64,000 bases of DNA from positions 434,001-498,000 of the forward strand of contig BCGN01000010.1 of the NCBI GenBank assembly GCA_001599295.1, written 5' to 3'. The first letter of the stretch is position 1. Every line of letters begins with the position of its first letter. This DNA comes from Sporopachydermia quercuum (taxonomy: Eukaryota). A program made the position numbers and the translations under genes. Positions 19,905 to 32,587 of this stretch are shown here, piece after piece. Below the pieces are notes generated by a model, which saw nothing but the letters and a program-made list of their open reading frames with translations, had not been told where the DNA came from and did no database searches.

Positions 19905-22658
19905 TCACGACCTTAAACCATCCTTTATCCTTTGATACGCAGCCACCAGTAAATTCTTCCTTTGAGAGGTTAAAGCAAAGGCTTCTTCATACAACTCAAT
20001 CATCTCATGCAAAACTGTTTGCTTGTCTTTGGTTCCGTTACAGATTGCCATTAGTTCCTTTTCTAAGTTTCTTCTTAAAAATGGCTTAGTAAGTGATAAA
20101 TCGGTACCAATGGAATCATATCCTTCTACTAAGGCAACTCCCAACTGTGTAGGAACAAATAACTCATTTCCGCCACTTGCATTGTCACTTGAACTGCTAT
20201 AATCATTACTACTACCGTCATTATTAGTTCCTCTCTTTGCTCTTTTCTTACTAGTAGCTTTGCTGACACCGCCGTTGCTATTCACTCGCATGGCATATTG
20301 CCTTTGGATAATCTTATCGATATGTTCAGCCATTGTAGCGTCCGTACCTATACCATTTACATCCATTAGCGCTATTAGTTCAGCTTCTGTTAAATATCCA
20401 GGTGCCGTAGTAGTTCCTTCTTTCAATTCTGTTCTAACCAGTTTTAATTCTTCATGCAATTGAAATATAGGCAAATGTTTGGATCCTTTCCATTGTTTAT
20501 AAGGGTAAACATCCAAAAAGTTTCTTTCTAACACAATGGTTTCCGTAGTGCTAAACTCTTCACCTATCCAATTGAGAGTTATGGTGGTAGAATGACCTCT
20601 TGCATCATCCGAACAACAAGCAAGGAAATGTCTGACTACAAANTCATAGACCTTAATCTTCAAAGGATCAGAGAGTTTTGAAGGTTCAATAAACTTCACG
20701 GGATGTATAGGAGGATGTGCTTTGTCGTGATGAGAACCTTTACGGGGTTGAACAAATTTGTTGTTGGATAGAAGAGCCGTGGCATAGATTCCCCATATAG
20801 TGCTTTTCGTTTGAGGTTCAATAAACTTTTTCAGGTCCATGTTATTATCGAATTGATCTGTTTCAGTTCTGGGATAAGAAATAAATCCACTTGAGTAAAG
20901 TTCTTCTGCGATCTGAGTATGCCATGTTAGTAGAATATAACGGAGAAGATAAAACTTACGGAGAACATGCAGCAAATATAGGAGATAATGAGAAGCAGGG
21001 AAAATATAAGTGAGATATCGGAAAAGATAATACTCCTTTCCTTTCCCTTCATACTATCAATACTTACATCCATAATCCTCTTGGAACTGATTTTCAAATA
21101 ACGTGATCCATTCTTCTGCAATTCGACTGTTGTTAGAGGTAGAGGTTTCCTCATTGTTGTTGGTTTGCTTGATATACTAGTTACTAGTGCTGTATTGCTT
21201 GTTAGACAGTTCTCATAGATAACCACCACACTTAGTCTATCAAATAGTCTATTTCTACACCAGTTGAATGTAATTTCTTCTGACTCTTTCTTTGCTGTAA
21301 TGGTGATAAACCAGAATTTCTCCGCAATAAATTCTTCTACTCGTTTATATCTATCAACGATAAATCCAAGAGTAGGGAATTGACATGTTCCTAGAGGACA
21401 TTGTTAGTAAGAGCATCAAAAGGATAGTAAAGATAAGACAAGAAAGAAGAAACTAAAGGCACGAGAGTGTTTTATGCTGAAATAGCTTCTATCAAACAGC
21501 TTAATATTACCGGCTATTACTGCAGTGATAATACCAAGCAATTAGCTACTCTTGAGAAGTTCTTATCTTATCACATAAACCAATCAACACCAAATCAGAT
21601 CCAACCCAGTCAATAACACTCATTCAAAGCAACACGTAAAATCATTAACTATTATCATCAGTATTTTAGGACAACGTATTGCTACTAGTCAGAGATGCCT
21701 ATTCAATCCAATCGTTTAGGAGACCAACTTTCCAATGCTCTAACTTGTTCAAGACCTTTTTGAATATACTACACTAGAAATGTAGCACTCGACCCTTTTA
21801 TTTTCTTTCATTTCCTTGTTCTCTTTCCTTTTTCTCTCTCTTTCTTATTTTCCATACATACCAAATGAAACAACCAGTCCTTTCAATTCCTGGAACCTAT
21901 TCTGAAATAATAAACTCTGCAGCCTTGTAAAAGCAGACCCTACCCTTAAATCGACCTCCTGTCTTACTGCCACGGCATTTACCTGCTTCTCATCTATCCT
22001 TACAGGATTTTGTGCTGCTTGCAGTATATGACTTCTTTCCAGGTTATTGAAGCTTGCTCTTAATACATTCTCATTTCTCAGGCGAGGATTAACTTTTGAC
22101 ACTATTTCAACAATTTCATGACCTATATATTCACCTTCCCGATCGCAATCTGTCCAAATAAATAGTTTGTCTGCTTTTCTAGCTTCTGTTTCTATGTTTT
22201 TGATCACATCTTCGGAATACTAATAAGTTAGTAAATGCTGAAATGGCCGCTAACCATTTGGTTGTGATAAAATATATGGTCGCCGCCGCAAAAACAGCAA
22301 CATGAATAACAATAGTAATAATAAAACTTACATCTTGGGGCTTGGTTCTTATACTACAGTGGAAAAGCCTTCGTGGTTCCAATCCATTCCAGTTACCATA
22401 TTCCAGTGGAAAGTCAATTGAAGTAAGATGGCCTCTTACGCCGGTCATGACAACTTCGGCATTTCCGCACCATCGGAAGTTACAATTGAATATGTAGTTT
22501 TGTGGAGGTGGATATTTATTTTTCGTTTTTCTGCTGCCGCTGCCTCTATTTCCGGTCCGACTAATGAACTGTCTTCTTTCTACAGCTCCGCCACCTAGAG
22601 AATCAGCCACTGATTTAGCAATTGATCCTTTCTCGGCTACGCATAGAATTTTCATCAT
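19905..22658 (-). CDS. TOP3: DNA topoisomerase III; exons 22658-22332, 22219-21862, 21390-21068, 20912-19905 (~671 aa)
   Basis: ILCVAEK, GH, IWTDCDREGEYIG, SFG|TCQFPTLGF, PLPLTTVELQK, catalytic GFISYPRTET, GIGTDAT. Three GT..TACTAAC..AG introns restore the frame. Confidence 0.95.
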
Positions 22659-23749
22659 ATGCTAGTGAACTTGTTTATGAACAGCCCTTTCGAAAAATAA
22701 AAGCCCAAATACTAGAAAACTGAGAGTAAGGAATTGACGCAACGGAACAAAATATCCGAGTCTATCAGAACGCGCGGAACGGAAAGGTCAGAAACNGAAC
22801 TAGAAAAATACTAACACGGTTTTGTTAGGCTTGCTGTTCAATGCCCAAATGAGACGCGAAATCTGATACAGAAAGGAAAGGAGACATGATGTACATGAAA
22901 GATANTGAGGTGACTGACCAGTCGATGTGATAATATACAATTCAGAGAATATTGACGAAATAGAACTTTGAACTCTGGTTGCAGATAAGGGATTATTGAA
23001 TAAATGGCAATAGTACAGTTTACTTGAGTTAATGGCTCTTCCTTCTCTTATAAAGTAGAGTCTTCTCATGCTGGTAACAGTCAACCCAGAGCGGCATTAC
23101 ATTTGGAAAGAATATGCACAGCGATAATACATGTTATTTCTTCAAAATATCAGTTTAACCAATTTGGAAAAGTCTAGATCATCAGAGTTTTGTTATTCAG
23201 TCGGTAAGACCACATTAAAGTGTATATCTTGGGCATGATTAATCACCTTTTTCACACAACATTCTTTTCCGGAATTTATTCCCCACCTAACAAATACTTG
23301 TTTTTGTTATCATCTCCGAAATCATCATTTTGAGACTCGAAGTGCCTTACTCTATGATTTCTACTAACAAATTTACTAAGCACCGAGAAACGAATCAATT
23401 TGATCAGTTATTCAAGGAAATGAATATTGTATTGTTTAACTCGTCTATACTGTCATACTTACTGTTTTCAAGCACCTCTAATGAGAAAAATTGCTAGATA
23501 AATCCATGATAACCTTTTGTTATATATATTTTTGGAGCAAGATTGGTTATTTATTGGTTATTTCTAGAAGGCGAGGAATATAACTAATAAACTAGCAGGT
23601 TAAAAGAGACCACAATACTATTAGTATCGATATCACCTTGGAATTGATTTATTAGGTAAAATCATCAGTTATAAGCATATTTGACTTATGAGCTTATAAT
23701 CGAATGAATATTTTGTCAAATTGGCGAGATATTTGCTATAAATGAAAAT

Positions 23750-26700
23750 ATGGACACCGGACATGGTGTCGATGCTAGTCATTCGGCATTGATCAGAGGG
23801 TAGGTACGATGATATGATAGAACAAGATAGGATAATNCTAGAAGATGCCTCAAACTGTTTTAACGGCTTATTTTACGAGGAATTTTCTAATTTTGCCTAA
23901 TTTGTATTTATCATGGTTTGTTTATAGATTTACTTTTACGTACCAGCTACTAACTTCAACTAGAACTATCAAACAGAGTGCCATTCAACTACAGGATGCG
24001 TTGCAAATGAGATTTATTCCAAAGTCTGTTCTTACAGGTCTTATGGCTTTTGTAAGAACACAATATGAAAGATGGATCTTAGGGGAACTAGAGAGAATGG
24101 CAGAAAATATTCCCTTGCCTGACAATGAAGAAGATTCTATTACTACATCCGATTTAATTGATAGCTTTTGGATGAACTTTCATTATCCATTGATCAAGTA
24201 CTATCAAGCTCAAATCGGACTTCTCAAAAGCCCTGAGACAAAACAAAGTGGAAGAGTTGTTTCAGTTGAATTAAGAAAACTTGGCGATGCTTATGTTAGG
24301 TTTATGAAGGAAAGTTCAGTATTTTATAGAGAATTACTTCAGAAAATTATTTCTAAGTACTCCGTGGAACAGGTGAAAGGAATTCTTGACAAATTTTTAT
24401 CAACCAAGCTTGGGACTAGTAGTAAAGATAACAAGAAGAAAAGAAAGAGTCCGCAAAATAATCAGAATGCCAATCATAATAGTACTAGTTCCAGCCAAAA
24501 CTCTACCAAATCCTCAACCCACCAATTCAACTCAATTTTGGAGTCTCGAATTATTTATATATGCTATAAGTCTGTCTTGGCATTAGGGGATTTGTCTCGT
24601 TATAGGTCTAAACATGAAGATATAGTAGCAGGAGAAGCTCCAGTACAAGGAGCTTTCCACAGGGCAGCTATCGCTTATGAAACCGCCATTGAAGTTTGCC
24701 CAGGACTTGGTGATGGATACAATAGTCTTGGAATGATTGGAATGATGGAAGGAAATAGTCTTAAGGCAATGTATTGTTTTATCAGAGGTTGTTCAGTGAA
24801 GTATCCAAGCGAATTAGCATTATCCAATTTCAAAAGCATCTTAAGACGGAAAACTAGTGTTTACAAGGCAATTGATAGCTACAGGCGTATATCATCTAGC
24901 TCTACAATCGTTGCTCAAGATATTTCACGGGTTCCAGAACATCTGGAAAACCTTTTTATTGGCTTGTTAGGATATCATTTGATTGGTAATATTTGGAGAA
25001 AAGAACAATGTTTCTGTATTCAGGAATTGGAATATTCTGAAGTTGAGTTCAAGTTTTTCCGAGCTTTTGAACGTCATTTGATAGGCACATATCGTTCTGC
25101 AACCTCATTAGGAANTTTCCTAATTCAATTAGTAGTCATTCTAATTGGATCTTTGCACGTCCAGTCTAATATTGCCTCGAAGGATGAAACTTCTACTGAT
25201 TTTTNAGGATTTGTTGTTAGGATGTTAACGGAGCTTTTATCGGCAACTCATCAATCTGTTAGGGCTGAGACCAATACTGGCAATTCTCTGAAAGACACTT
25301 ATCGAACATTGGAATCATCTCTTCCTGCTCTAAGAGTGTTCTTTGCATGGTTAGAAGAAAAACAAGATGAGCCAGTTTTCAAAAAATTCCGAAAATTCCG
25401 TCTTTTCAGTAAAACTGCTTCACTGGTGATCAATGATATGGCGAGCTATTTGAAGGCAAGTAACGTAAAAGCTAATCTAAATGAAAAGGCAAGCAGAAGT
25501 GCTATCTTCCCTGAAGATAAAGATCTTGCAGAGTTTACACCTTTAGGATACGTATTCGATGATTTCGAGTTTGTTGAAGATCTATCTTCTGGTGATAAAT
25601 ATGGAAAAAATAATAATAGTAGCAATAATGAAAAGTTATTGTTTGAAATGAATTTTAGTAGGGCACATGCTGTTGTGTTCACCGCTATCACAGTGTTAAA
25701 GTCAATTGATTCAGATTCAACATGGAACAAGGAAGAAGGAAGATATGAGATAAATGATAGAGATCTTGATAATTTGGAAGAGCTTGCCAACAATAGAAAA
25801 GAACTGTTGAGAAGAGAAAAATCAGGAAAAAATTGCAAGCACGGAAATAATGCTAAGAAAGCTTCTAATGTTAAAGATCAAAAGCGAGATTTGTCAAGAA
25901 ATAGGAAACAACAAAGGAACAGGAAAACCGATGATAAGGAGCCAAATAACGTAAATATTATCAATGGCAATATTATCATCAATAACAATAACAAAAGTGA
26001 AACCAGCACTGCTGAAGTGGCTACAGAAGAAATCAATAATAGTGCTATCAATGTGGTTTATAATGTTTGGTCTAAAGATACTCCGAAGGAGAAGAAACTT
26101 AACACAAGATTAAGTGAGGGATTCAGCAGCATTTCTGATATTAATAGTAATTTCATTGTCTCTGCAACAGCAACACCAATATCTCATTCAACACCTAATA
26201 CCAAGCTAACGAATTTCCATCCTAACAAACAAGTGCTTCAATTCAATGACGAAAGCTATGGGAATCTTGAGCATCTAGTAAGTTCAATAGTCAATGATGA
26301 CATCAACAGAGAAAACTCTTCTTCTCCTACAGTTGAAAACCAAGCCAGTTCTACTTCAACAACAGAGAATGCTTTGAAAGGTGGATTTTTTGATTATAGA
26401 AGCAGCTCTGTTTGGTCAATTGATGATGCACAGCTTCGTACGCCATCATTATATCTTCCAACATTGAATTCTGGAGTTTTCTCTGATCTGTCTCCCGCAG
26501 AACGTTCTCAATCAATCAGCCCTTGGAACTCTCAAGTAAATCACACCCCTAATGATAACTCAAGCAGTATTAGTCACAACAACAACAGTAATAGCAATGA
26601 TAATACTGTTAGCAACAATAGCCAAAGTCTGTCATTTACGTATAATGGATCTATGTCTCCAAGGTTTGACACTCAATTTGTATCTCCTAATACCAATAGC

Positions 26701-26793
26701 AATACATCAGTTGCAAATCATGACATATCTTTAGAGAATTCATTTAATTATGAAGAGTTGAATGACTATGCTATTATGGACTATAAAAAATGA
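23750..26793 (+). CDS. Est1/Ebs1/SMG7-like 14-3-3/TPR protein; exons 23750-23799, 23964-26793 (~959 aa)
   Basis: LALGDLSRYR...AYETAIEVCPGLGDGYNSLG...AMYCFIRG...ALSNF is an Est1/SMG5-7 signature; no PIN domain seen. The intron GTAGGT(23800)..TACTAAC(23948)..TAG(23963) is phase-compatible. Confidence 0.8.
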
Positions 26794-27072
26794 TCAGTTA
26801 AGGTGAAACGTGATTATAGCTAGCTATGAGTTAGCTTCAAGCATAACGAGGAAAGTTTGCAACAAAATTCAACGTACATAATACGTCATGAGTCTATTGT
26901 TAGCGCTGAGCATCATAAGAATCAACTTTTGTGAATANTACTCTTTGATGTTACTTAAACCAATCGTCCTTATTTTTTGTTATCCCACTTTCTTGAAAGC
27001 TTTTGCTAGCAATTTGCTGTCGTTCTTTGCTCACTTGAAAGAAATATAAGAAAAGATAAGGGGATATTAGGC

Positions 27073-28881
27073 TTAAAATTCTCCAATAGTTTTAGTTTTT
27101 CTAGCTCTCTTGGACATAGTAATGGTTCTGATTTGCTGGAGTTTTAACTGTGTAGCAATCCCACCAAACATGAACTCAGGTTTCACTATGCTATAACCAT
27201 CGCATGATAAACCAAGCCTTTCACATGCTGAACATTTTGGTTTATCTTCAGGGCACTTTTTCCTCCTGAGTCTACAAGTCCAGCAACCCGTTTTTGATCT
27301 AACAGTATTTATATACGGGGTAAACTCAGTTTTGATAGTATTGCTCTTCTTCTCATTGTTAATGGTAGTAGTAGTGCCAGTAGTAGTACCAGTAATATTA
27401 TTAGTACTGATTTTGGTATCTTCAGCGTTTGAACTCTGGCCATTCTGCTTATTCTCTTGTACTAAATTGCAATTTGCTTCAACCATTTTACAGCTGGTTT
27501 TATGAATTCCTTTTGGTTTTCTCTTATGATTTCTCCGTTTTCTCATATATTTTGGTGGCTCCTTAGGAGGTTGATTGAATTCGGATGGGGAATTGTCTTG
27601 ATCTATCAATTGCTTCCTTTTTTCTTCGACAACAGATTTATTCTCAGAAATCTCCGACACGTTTGCTTGTGAAGTAGAAATATACTTATTACTGAACAAA
27701 GAAGCTAGTTTTATTTTACTTGTTTCTGGTACTTCCTTTATTGATTGTGAAGAGGGAAACAAAGTCATTTGCTTTTTCTGGTCTTCATTTTCAGAATTTG
27801 ACATTTTCTCTTGCATGTTACTTTTCGGTTTTTCATCCTTCTTTCTGCCAAATGTAGCTGACGATTTCAAACCGGTTGCTTTTGGTTTTCTTTTATGTCC
27901 TATTTTCGGTTCCTCACCTTTCTCTTTGGGCTGTTTGGCTTTCTGGCTTTTCCTTTGTTCTTGCTTTGGTTTTGATTCTTTTTTTGTTCCAGAACTTCTT
28001 CTATGAAATTTTAGTGGTACAGCTGATTGTTTTTTGCTTGATGTTTCCGCCATATTNTTAGGAACCTCAACATCATCTTCTTGCTTTATTGAAAACGATT
28101 CGTATTCATGTTCAACTGATGAACTAAACTCTTTGAACAACTCGTAAACATCTCCATAGTTATAATTTGGAGAGATTAAGCTAATAGTTTTATTCATAGT
28201 GGTTGATTGCAAAGAGGTGTCATCATTATTCAAGTCCCCATTATTGATAGAATTCATAGCTATATATGGTAGGCTATAAGCTAATGATAAATCATCATAA
28301 GTTTCTTCTGCATTATCAATATCCTTGTCATCAGTTTCCTCATTCTTGTTGAAAATCGTTTCAGATAAGTTCTGAGTGTTCTTAACACGAAACAGTGATG
28401 ACGGTTCGTTAAGTGGTGGAGAAGAAGTCAAGGAAGTAATCCAGTCATCTCTCAGGATTTCGTTTGATCTTGGAATTGAAAGAGTAGTTCCTTTTATTTC
28501 TGAATAACTAGAAAAAACATCAATGTAATTTTTATTAGGAGTAGAAGTGGCTGTGAAATTTTCACCCTCAAACTGAGAGAACATACCAGAACTTTTAGAG
28601 CTTTGATAAAGCTGTGGACTGCTTGCCATATAATCGTGTAAATCAGTTGAGGGTGATTCTGATAATAGATTAGAAGGTGTCAGCCAAGAAGAGCAGGGGG
28701 ATGAGGATATTGGGGATAATAATGAACCAGACGTTAGCCAGAAATCGTGATTGAAATTCCCCCTGGAAGAATGATTATAAATAGGATTATAGATGATGGG
28801 GTTATTTGATGGGTAGGAGTGTAGAGGAGATGGCTGTCTGTCGTTTGAAATATGGGGGTTAATCATGTTAGGTATATTCAT
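27073..28881 (-). CDS. UME6: Ume6-like transcription factor with C-terminal Zn(II)2Cys6 cluster
   Basis: RSKTGCWTCRLRRKKCPEDKPKCSACERLGLSC...KPEFM at the C-terminus; first in-frame ATG at 28881. Confidence 0.7.
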   Translation of the reverse strand: MNIPNMINPHISNDRQPSPLHSYPSNNPIIYNPIYNHSSRGNFNHDFWLTSGSLLSPISSSPCSSWLTPSNLLSESPSTDLHDYMASSPQLYQSSKSSGMFSQFEGENFTATSTPNKNYIDVFSSYSEIKGTTLSIPRSNEILRDDWITSLTSSPPLNEPSSLFRVKNTQNLSETIFNKNEETDDKDIDNAEETYDDLSLAYSLPYIAMNSINNGDLNNDDTSLQSTTMNKTISLISPNYNYGDVYELFKEFSSSVEHEYESFSIKQEDDVEVPXNMAETSSKKQSAVPLKFHRRSSGTKKESKPKQEQRKSQKAKQPKEKGEEPKIGHKRKPKATGLKSSATFGRKKDEKPKSNMQEKMSNSENEDQKKQMTLFPSSQSIKEVPETSKIKLASLFSNKYISTSQANVSEISENKSVVEEKRKQLIDQDNSPSEFNQPPKEPPKYMRKRRNHKRKPKGIHKTSCKMVEANCNLVQENKQNGQSSNAEDTKISTNNITGTTTGTTTTINNEKKSNTIKTEFTPYINTVRSKTGCWTCRLRRKKCPEDKPKCSACERLGLSCDGYSIVKPEFMFGGIATQLKLQQIRTITMSKRARKTKTIGEF

Positions 28882-29998
28882 ATATAAATAAAGCAAAACT
28901 AATAGAGTAATGATAAAGAGATACAAGGGATAGTAGTAGAAGTATCAATAAAACAAGAGAAACCGATAAGCCGTCAACAGAAAAAGATATCAGTCAATTC
29001 AGAACAATCCGAAGGAGAGGAAGAAGCACTAACAACTAATGTCATACATAAAATCAATAAAATCAAACTGTTATTCAGAATGAAATTCTGATAGCNAACT
29101 GCAGATCCAATGATCAGATACAGAGAAGAGACCTTGTATGCCTTTTTATCCTCCTAGTACCTATGGGAAGAAAAGAGGAAATGTCTAATTCCGTCACATT
29201 TATTCATTGACTGGGGAAATATATAGACTAGTCGCATAGTGACAGCAAAGCCAATTAAGAAACATGAACGTAAAAAAGGAAAACAAGTGGAGATATTAAG
29301 GACAACCTATTTGTTGAAAAATCTGCTTTTGTTGGTGATCTGATCCGGAAAGCTCTTAGTTCAAACAGTTCAGCTGTCAACAAAATATAACTCCATTTGA
29401 GCAAAATAAAGCATTGCTAGAGAGAAATGGAATACTTCTTACAGATTATCATATTTTTTATTCTAACATTTTTGATATTTCATACAGTAAATCCTTTGAA
29501 AAGAAAGATGATTGTTGAACAGATTGATATGAAGAAGCAGTATCACATGAAAGTAAGAAGTAGATCTCTGTTAGGTTCTTTTATAGTTTTGCTTAAAACA
29601 GTTTCAAGCCCAATTTGTAGAAAAGTATAATTTAGAGTTGTAAAACCTTATGCAAGTGAAGGAACATTGCATATTAAGTTGCTTAGAGAAATTGCCCAAG
29701 GAGTCCAGCAACATTTGTTAGGTTGCAAAATCTGGTGAATTGAGATTTGAGCTTCTTCTTTTCTCCTTGAACTGTGAAGATTTGGTTTCATTGAGCACTG
29801 ATTGATACAATTAGTTTTATCAAAGTCGCAAAGGAATGACTATTTGTCTCTTATTTTGAGGTTCTAACCGAGCTTCTTTGGGCATTTTTGATACAGAAGC
29901 TTGTATCTAAACTTTGATTGTTTGGAATTAATTTATTATTTCACTTGTGGAACAGGGAATCCATACAGTCGCAGATCACATAACAAAAGACCTTAATC

Positions 29999-31357
29999 AT
30001 GTTTAAAGAACTAGATTTGGAGAATCCTTGCATATGCCAGGATTTTGCAATACCAACGTTGAAAACATTAGGATATTCTGAGTCTGATGAGAAGTCTATT
30101 TATTTGTGTGGTAACTCATTGGGTTTGATGCCAAAAAGTACTAGAGCTGCAATTGATCATGAATTAGATGTGTGGTCTGGAAAGGGTGTCAATGGTCATT
30201 TTGATCACGACAAAGAGCCTTGGGTATCGATTGACGATCCGGCAACACCTTTGATGGCGAAAGTTGTTGGTGCTAAAACAGAAGAAATTGCAATTATGGG
30301 AAGTCTTACGGGAAACCTGAACAATCTTTTGGTGGCATTCTACAATATCGTGGGAGATAGAAAGAAAATTCTGTACGAAAAGAAGGCTTTCCCATCTGAT
30401 AGATATGCATTTGAGAACATTGTTAGAATTGCTGCAAAATGGCATGGATTAGGTGAAAGTGGAGATATTAATTTAGATGATTTTCTAATTAAAATGGAAC
30501 CAAGGGAAAATGAGTTCAATATCAGATCGGAAGATATCATAGATGTGATCAATAAGCAGGGAGATGAGATTTATTTAATGTGCTTTTCAGGAATTCAATT
30601 CTATACAGGTCAGTTTTTTGAAATTGAGAGAATTACCAAAGCTGCAAAGGATAAAGGATGTATTGTTGGATGGGATTTGGCACATGCTGCTGGGAATGTG
30701 GAACTGAAACTACATGACTGGAATGTTGATTTTGCTTGTTGGTGCTCTTATAAATATCTTAATTCCGGACCTGGAGGAATTGCTGGTTTATTTGTCCACG
30801 ACAAATGGGGTGGAAAAAGCTATAAAGAACTTCCTCGTCTTGCTGGCTGGTGGGGTAATAAACTGGATGACAGATTTGCAATGGGAGAGGATTTCAACGT
30901 GATTCCTGGCGCTCAAGGTTTTAGAACTTCCAATCCAAGTGTTTTGAATGTCATTTGTTTACATGAAAGTTTGAAAGTAATCGAGTCATTTGGAGGTATT
31001 GCCAAGATCAGAAGTCGTAGTAAACTACTGACTCAATACTTGTGGGATCTTCTGACTGCATCAACCTATTACAGTCAAATTGGTGAACCTCATAAGCACA
31101 AATATGTTTTCACAATTATTACTCCAGAAGATTCCGAACAAAGGGGAGCTCAAATATCAATATTGTTCTTGCCAACTGATGCTGAAGGGTTAATGGACAA
31201 AGTTCATCAATTCTTATCATCAAAAGGAGTGATAAGTGATGAACGAAGACCAAACGTCATTAGACTTGCTCCATCTGCGTTATATAACTCTTTTGAAGAC
31301 GTATATAAAGCTGTGAAAATTCTGAACGCTTCATTGGATTTATTGAACTCGCAATAG
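29999..31357 (+). CDS. BNA5: Kynureninase
   Basis: YLCGNSLGLMPK, FPSD, GWDLAHAAGNV, WCSYKYLNSGPG (PLP lysine), RLAGWWG. Confidence 0.96.
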   Translation: MFKELDLENPCICQDFAIPTLKTLGYSESDEKSIYLCGNSLGLMPKSTRAAIDHELDVWSGKGVNGHFDHDKEPWVSIDDPATPLMAKVVGAKTEEIAIMGSLTGNLNNLLVAFYNIVGDRKKILYEKKAFPSDRYAFENIVRIAAKWHGLGESGDINLDDFLIKMEPRENEFNIRSEDIIDVINKQGDEIYLMCFSGIQFYTGQFFEIERITKAAKDKGCIVGWDLAHAAGNVELKLHDWNVDFACWCSYKYLNSGPGGIAGLFVHDKWGGKSYKELPRLAGWWGNKLDDRFAMGEDFNVIPGAQGFRTSNPSVLNVICLHESLKVIESFGGIAKIRSRSKLLTQYLWDLLTASTYYSQIGEPHKHKYVFTIITPEDSEQRGAQISILFLPTDAEGLMDKVHQFLSSKGVISDERRPNVIRLAPSALYNSFEDVYKAVKILNASLDLLNSQ

Positions 31358-32587
31358 GTATAACATCCTATAATGTTTGATAGATATTGAAATGTATAAG
31401 GAATGTATAGATCATGAATAAATGTTAGGTAAATATTACTTTTAATGAAATATTTCCATGTGGTACGCGTTTTTTCACAATCCGGCAATATCCAAACATT
31501 CTCAACTTTTTGGCGACTGAGAGTAATAGACTAATAGACCCTTGTTTGGAACAATGCCTTAACTTAAAGCTATTTTTAAATTGAACTAGCCATACAAAGG
31601 TTCGAGGGAGATTTTCTTGAGTTAATTACATTGATTTTGAAGACGAAGGAAAATTTTTGAAATACTATTTGAACTATTAATTAGCGGATGTTAAAACACC
31701 TAACTAATTTATTGTCAATCACTATCTTGTACCTAACCTAGTATATGATTATCATGATTATCTCATCATGAACTTTCGAGAACAGAGAAAAATGTCATCA
31801 TATTTCAATTGTCACTCTCTGGCCCTGTCTCTCCAATTTAGCCAATTACCAGATTACGTACTTCAACCAACAGGAACGATTGCCCTTCAAGTACCAATTT
31901 GATAACTAAATTATTGTTTGACCATCAGGCAACTCATTAAGATACAATACATTCAATAAGTTACTCATACTTCCAAACATTTACACTTAATCTTTTTACT
32001 TANTCATCGCGATCTCCGACAACTTATGATGTATATTCTGTTTCCCTTCTTATTATTTACTTGTTCAGACCCTTTCCATATCAGGTATACAAAATAAATG
32101 ATTTCTTTTTTAGGACCTTTTCGCTCATTTCAATTTCGATTAGTTTTTTCCATCATTAACCACATCAATCATGTACTGAACTACCAATTGGTGAATTTTC
32201 AGGAATCAGAGATATTCACTAACTCAGACACTGTTTTGAAAAGAGAATACACTATGAACTACACTATGAACTTTTTATCAGTGTAAATCATCAAAGACTA
32301 CCCATTCGCTTTGTTAATTCTTCTTCCATCACCCAAGTAAAAACTTTTGTGTTAGGTACTATTTGCCTATTCAGGTAATAAAAATTTGTTTCCCAATGTA
32401 AACAGAATACTGATCCATTTCCCAGATCATTGTTATACTTATTCAAGCAACTAAGCCTTTTGTTCTCCTGGTTATCATATAAGTCAATACGATAAAAAAG
32501 CAACTTGCATTTATTTGTTTGATCCTCAAGTGTCTTATTCTCCTTACAATCGTTAATAATCGAACCATTTTAAGTGGATATTGAGCC

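Noticed and set aside
21594..21661. Possible C/D snoRNA in TOP3 intron 2 (minus strand TGATGA...CTGA)
   Set aside because: No terminal stem and no rRNA-complementary guide that I can recognise; snoscan would be needed
23845..23963. ORF-track N-terminus MPQTVLTAYF... of the Est1-like gene, and similar starts at 5693, 20975, 37325, 41930, 44778 and 56784
   Set aside because: These lie inside introns or downstream exons; upstream exons give the phase-compatible and, in most cases, conserved N-termini
31599..31605. GGTTCGA (tRNA T-loop-like) here and near 47114
   Set aside because: No cloverleaf or A-box context
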